Of a DNA stretch of 64,000 nucleotides, positions 60,801-64,000 are shown one piece after another. The stretch comes from Trypanosoma brucei. Taxonomy: Eukaryota. Both the position numbers and the translations under genes were made by a program. A model generated the notes under the pieces. The model was not told the DNA's origin. It saw only the letters and a list, made by a program, of their open reading frames with translations, and did no database searches. Each line of letters begins with the position of its first letter. Within the stretch, counting starts at the first letter, position 1. The stretch lies in contig CM000208.1 of assembly GCA_000002445.1 (NCBI GenBank), positions 2,112,001 through 2,176,000 on the forward strand. Direction: 5' to 3'.

Positions 60801-62860
60801 ATGCCAATAATGCCACAGTACTACCCTCCATTGACTCCTACCCGGCTGCACATTCTCCTCTGGTTCTTTCGGTTGCAGGAACCGCTGGCCGCTCCGCAGG
60901 TTGCACCGATCGTCGGTGTCGGTCTCTGGTGGATCCAAGACAAATGTGTAATGGACAGGCAACGTTTAGCTCGTGCCTTCTTGCTGCCGAGGGAATTTCC
61001 ATGTGGGAAGGGGTGGCCAATGTCGATTTGGACCGCCTGGCATCGGCGCTGGTGGCAATTACTCGCCTCACTACATCGATTGAAGCTGCGTTGTGGATTT
61101 TGTACGGAGAAAAGGAAGTAGACTCAGTAACCGCACAGCTGCTTGAGGCTGCACTTTGTGCTGTGCAGATGTTAGGATCACCAGTTCCGCAGCTTCGAGA
61201 TCAGGTGTCGGCGTGCCTAGATGGTGCACTGACGTTGGCGCAAACTGCAGCAGTCATACTCACTCGAATGCCTAGTGACGGGAACTCGCTTTTGCGCACT
61301 GGAGAGTTCATCGGTCTTTTTTCCGTTTTCGTAAAGACTTTATCTCTTTACCGTGACGACGACGATGTTATTTCGAGGGGTCTCAAGATCGTTGGAGTGT
61401 TTAAACCTGTAGAGGTAGCTGACGAGGAGGTGGTGATACACATTTTTGACACAATCGCATCCGTTGTGGAAAGGCATGCTTCGTCAAGTCCGACCGATTT
61501 CCTTGTGCCTATAGTTGCTCAGGTGACTGTGATTTTTACCAGCATTGGTGAGTTCTGTCCAACCAAGTGCGCGCTCGGCATTGTGAATAACCTATGGTCT
61601 TGCGCGATGAACGTCTCGCAAATGATTGTTATCGCTGATCCGTGTTCGCCGCTGTCCAACAAGTTCGACGTTATTGTAGAAGCTGTGAGGGCCATTTTGT
61701 TGCAGTGCGACGGAATACTGGGGTATCTTTCATATGATCGAATAATGCCTATGGCCACTGCTCTCGGGCAGCTTAGTAACGCAAGCTGCTATGATGCGTT
61801 GGATCATCTTTATAAACCACAGGCCTGGCATGGGGCATGGTTATCATTGCTTCGGTTATTTCACGCCGTTTTGATCGGTTGTGGCGGGGGCAGTGAAAAT
61901 ACGTTGGGGTGGCTCTCGATCATCTCGAGCTGGGCGACGACCAGCCCACGGTTTCGGGAGGCCGTTTCTGGCTTCACTTATTGCCGCGGTGGGGTTTCAA
62001 GAAGCTCCGGGCCTCATTCATGGGAGTGGCAGGAAATGCACATTGCAACATTGATCATCAGTTTGTTGTCTAGCCTGGGTACCTCCACCGCACCACTGAC
62101 ACCACATGTTCAGCGCTGCTTTTGTCGTATTCGCCATTTTACCTGTCAGACAACGGGTACACCGTGCGCCGCATCTTTAAACGAACTCTTTTTAGCCACT
62201 GTGCGCCACCAGCTCTCATATCTCATTTTCCACTCCCCGCCATCGGGTTATATGGAGGGTGAGCCGCCCATTGTGACCATTTCCCGGTATCGCTACCCTT
62301 CAAATGGTGAGGCATCGACATCTGATGGTTTACTTCTGCAGAAGGCTGCCAAAGTGAACGAAGGGGACCAGAAGGAGGAGCAACTTTCTTTCTACACCCT
62401 GCGGTGTTTCATATTTCGAGAGTTAAGTATTCTTCGAAAGAGCTGCCGTGACGACTCGAGTGCCACAGGTGCCCTTACCTCTCCCGACAATACTCCTGTA
62501 ATGCGATCCAGTTCCCTGAACACAAGCACGGACGGTTTCTCTGATATTGATGTTCGTGATGGGGGTTTGCAGGTGGTTGCACCGCACCTTCTCAACGTTC
62601 AGCTCGCTCTCATTCTTTTTGTGCGTAACGGCCATTTTCAGGTTTTCCAACGTTGTTTGGATCTGTGGGAGCAGCAGGAGCTTGTCGAAGGGTTGGATGA
62701 GCTTCATCGCTTTCTCAATCTGCTGTCGCACTACGCACGTCGCCTTGAGAGTACAAAGTTGATATCGGTGGTGGAAACGGTACAGGAAGAGTTGCAGGGA
62801 CTTGCCGAAAGACTCCGCAGTGGAGCGACTTCATGGCGGACGACAGGAGCCACGTTGTGA
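57866..62860 (+). CDS. large conserved hypothetical protein (predicted alpha-helical solenoid)
   Basis: This is an uninterrupted 1664-aa ORF with coding-like composition throughout. I recognised no catalytic motif. Leu/Ala-rich helical repeats suggest a HEAT/ARM-like scaffold. Confidence 0.8.
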   Translation: MNSNSLLGELAKECAPLLLAPRADDPDAVVRRLRILPADGIYRCSSRDSIITPYVFSGDAEHSAPPNHSLTPEQSGSVVTSDILGISTEVCPLQTALSLASVECVAANQKHLFELNVFLQLLRQAPASYTSSLFWSVLIRRLGELGFYEIMKGNINTLWARIGRQLLRSGEMFNALRLLQTSCDVVLHYSEHAVQYPPDATLLGEFAVLARQMWAESSSPVVRRCALVVSAFLTKFADLVPLDLLSDASETKRDAPHLLAVVAKAPTLFKEEEETAAAGENLRVVLTVAFTTTAYSIPTTMYFRGEGPQSASLSLVQHRFASALHQLLVLASYGFWDHFSAESLLSLTEASAVYSRLWNSFPPKMFTLWGRICQNNLVTSCKMYTSSLFNYCISAAAYHYSLGELEGITRRYAVGDVSHGGEPSSTEPLQAADEGQKRGRQQEQHEDVSERILGSGADACEKLDITPHLRETFRLMVTGWGSFQPGDRNFLRSGLVVLHVLLLNYPYQLEELGKAIGFDVGQLLHGIVMGLLASDVDSAQIMETVYSIIFRFYEMFDIFDVVSNLLPPQVMADVGLKCETTEKALMQAQLYGALLETHGEDISPLPLLEAATHISRGAILRFSSATSFFVKWFTVTERSLLLQPRDALVDLFSLKGAGDKLVQCLCEGALALVRELQSGNVIIDGFPVAPVLESVISCISSAVLYGGQQNALVACAIAVHGEGDVPASLMLFCLVFAANANITLLESSARLLAYVVEHSDEGLFTTLRLHTSIEMKKRLLAGLHQQLGSAASADSTGARMVRLATLHHLLRFDPAAFYYLMAAEDHGKESAELRITPFLRDVVKSSDTTALEKSEALACLKALDDVGVSTTEVATLLSNMRVDSPITGGVLTAAAVYYACGVYFHKYKLDGGESSVAPTGKGVTQRLRLSDSFTVNMMQGKVLIGPSDEACKMLKFSCEALKQCISFYEQTAKHLRYGDANNATVLPSIDSYPAAHSPLVLSVAGTAGRSAGCTDRRCRSLVDPRQMCNGQATFSSCLLAAEGISMWEGVANVDLDRLASALVAITRLTTSIEAALWILYGEKEVDSVTAQLLEAALCAVQMLGSPVPQLRDQVSACLDGALTLAQTAAVILTRMPSDGNSLLRTGEFIGLFSVFVKTLSLYRDDDDVISRGLKIVGVFKPVEVADEEVVIHIFDTIASVVERHASSSPTDFLVPIVAQVTVIFTSIGEFCPTKCALGIVNNLWSCAMNVSQMIVIADPCSPLSNKFDVIVEAVRAILLQCDGILGYLSYDRIMPMATALGQLSNASCYDALDHLYKPQAWHGAWLSLLRLFHAVLIGCGGGSENTLGWLSIISSWATTSPRFREAVSGFTYCRGGVSRSSGPHSWEWQEMHIATLIISLLSSLGTSTAPLTPHVQRCFCRIRHFTCQTTGTPCAASLNELFLATVRHQLSYLIFHSPPSGYMEGEPPIVTISRYRYPSNGEASTSDGLLLQKAAKVNEGDQKEEQLSFYTLRCFIFRELSILRKSCRDDSSATGALTSPDNTPVMRSSSLNTSTDGFSDIDVRDGGLQVVAPHLLNVQLALILFVRNGHFQVFQRCLDLWEQQELVEGLDELHRFLNLLSHYARRLESTKLISVVETVQEELQGLAERLRSGATSWRTTGATL

Positions 62861-63266
62861 TTATTGTTGTGGATGAAACTTTTTGGTTTTGAATGTGGGA
62901 GGAGAAACGGTGAAAGCAAAAAAAAAAAAGAGGTCCGATGTCGCTACTCGTTGTACTGAAAGTAATGCTTAATAGAGCCGCTGGGTAAGTTCGAAGAGAT
63001 GTCCGTTTAAAGAAAAAAAATACCCGGTCGTTGTGCACTACCGCCTTTCGTAGGGTTGTCGAAGCGTAGCAGACTTTTGTGTGAGTTGTTGTTTTTAAAT
63101 TTGTTTTTCAAAAAATAATGTCCATCATCGTTCGTTCAAAAACTGATATTTTCTCCAATGCTCACCTTTTTTTCACACTTCATTTTTTAAAAAAATCATT
63201 GCGTGCCTAACACGGATAATACAAACACTTTGCCTAGCAGGTAGGGCCTTTTGTGTTTGTGCTGCA

Positions 63267-64000
63267 ATGACATCCAGTTTTCTCGCACATCCCAAAGTCC
63301 TTTTGATGGGACTGCGCAAGTCTGGAAAGACCAGCATACAAAAGGTTGTATTTGAGGGTATGCAGCCGCACCACTGTGTGGACCTTACAACCACCGTACA
63401 ACCGGAGAAGAGTACCGTTTGCTCCTATGACTTTGTGAACTTTGAGGTGTGGGACTTTCCGGGGCAAACTGACCCATTCGACTTAAACAACACGGTTCAC
63501 TACGACGTGGGTGTCCTCTTGGAGAACTGCGGTGCTATCGTTTTTGTGATGGATTGTGGTGAGTTGATCGACGATTCCCATGCTCGTCTCGTGGAAACCG
63601 TATGTGCTGCTTATGACCGTGATCCAGAGCTCTCAGTGGAGGTGTTTATACATAAAGTGGATAAATTAAGCGAAGATCATCAGGCTGATCTGCTCACGAG
63701 TCTTCAGCGACGTGTAGAGGCTGAGGCAAGACAGCGCCTAAACGCCACCGCGCAGTTGCGCTTGAACTTCAACCTAACGTCAATCTATGACCACTCTGTT
63801 TTCCAAGCCTTCTCGTCGGTGGTGCAGAAGCTCATGAAACTGCAGATCCCTTATATCACAGAGCTTCTGCAGATTCTAAATAGTAATAGCAACTTGGATC
63901 TCTCTTATTTGTTCTTGAGTAGGTCCAAAATTTTCTTGTCTGTGGACGAGCGAAATCGTGTCAAGACTCGCACATATGAAATTTGTAGTGATGCTATCGA
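63267..64000 (+). CDS. RagC/RagD (Gtr2)-like small GTPase, 3'-truncated by the window edge
   Basis: An ATG at 63267 opens a frame that runs to the window end (partial, about 244 aa visible). The P-loop LLMGLRKSGKTSIQKVVF, the G3 motif FEVWDFPGQ, the G4 motif FIHKVDKLSEDH and LTSIYDHSVFQAFSSVVQKL all closely match the RagC/Gtr2 consensus. A polypyrimidine tract lies at 63130-63190. Confidence 0.85.
   Translation, partial: MTSSFLAHPKVLLMGLRKSGKTSIQKVVFEGMQPHHCVDLTTTVQPEKSTVCSYDFVNFEVWDFPGQTDPFDLNNTVHYDVGVLLENCGAIVFVMDCGELIDDSHARLVETVCAAYDRDPELSVEVFIHKVDKLSEDHQADLLTSLQRRVEAEARQRLNATAQLRLNFNLTSIYDHSVFQAFSSVVQKLMKLQIPYITELLQILNSNSNLDLSYLFLSRSKIFLSVDERNRVKTRTYEICSDAI

Noticed and set aside
1-64000. 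Prokaryotic-style features (CRISPR arrays, operon promoters, rho-independent terminators, IS elements) and trypanosome retroelements (ingi/RIME/SLACS)
   Set aside because: The sequence is eukaryotic. There is no direct-repeat/spacer array and no reverse-transcriptase or endonuclease ORF. All simple repeats are microsatellites.

Overview
This 64-kb window reads as nuclear DNA of a kinetoplastid, probably Trypanosoma brucei or a close relative. All 21 supportable protein-coding genes lie on the + strand, have no introns, and form part of one polycistronic unit with no strand switch. The genes are separated by 0.4-3.6 kb intergenic regions that have purine-rich blocks after stop codons and polypyrimidine tracts followed by AG before start codons. 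The intergenic regions also carry many (TA)n, (GT)n/(CA)n, (ATT)n and (CTGTTT)n microsatellites and three G13 homopolymers. I found no rRNA, tRNA, CRISPR array, prokaryotic element or retrotransposon ORF. All minus-strand ORFs in the track overlap + strand genes or low-complexity tracts and are treated as artefacts.

Recognisable products are:
- a centrin-like EF-hand protein
- a TPR-like helical protein
- an ABC1/ADCK kinase
- two paralogous TBC-domain RabGAPs
- a Ubl-OTU deubiquitinase
- three coiled-coil proteins
- a DEDDh 3'-5' exonuclease
- a CDP-alcohol phosphotransferase of the choline/ethanolamine type
- a RagC/Gtr2-like GTPase that runs off the 3' end of the window

The most unusual genes are:
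- a 2169-aa protein with two or three degenerate adenylate-kinase-like P-loop modules and four YHS/TRASH-like Cys-Pro repeats
- a 585-aa protein pairing a CCCH-type zinc-knuckle with a C-terminal cytidine-deaminase-like zinc motif (C-S-E...PCxxC)
- a multi-pass membrane protein with an N-terminal J-like domain lacking HPD
- a coiled-coil protein carrying four FLDFDDD motifs
- a lysine-rich basic protein with a mitochondrial-presequence-like N-terminus (KAP/HMG-like)

All functional calls come from motif recognition by eye. None could be checked by database search.
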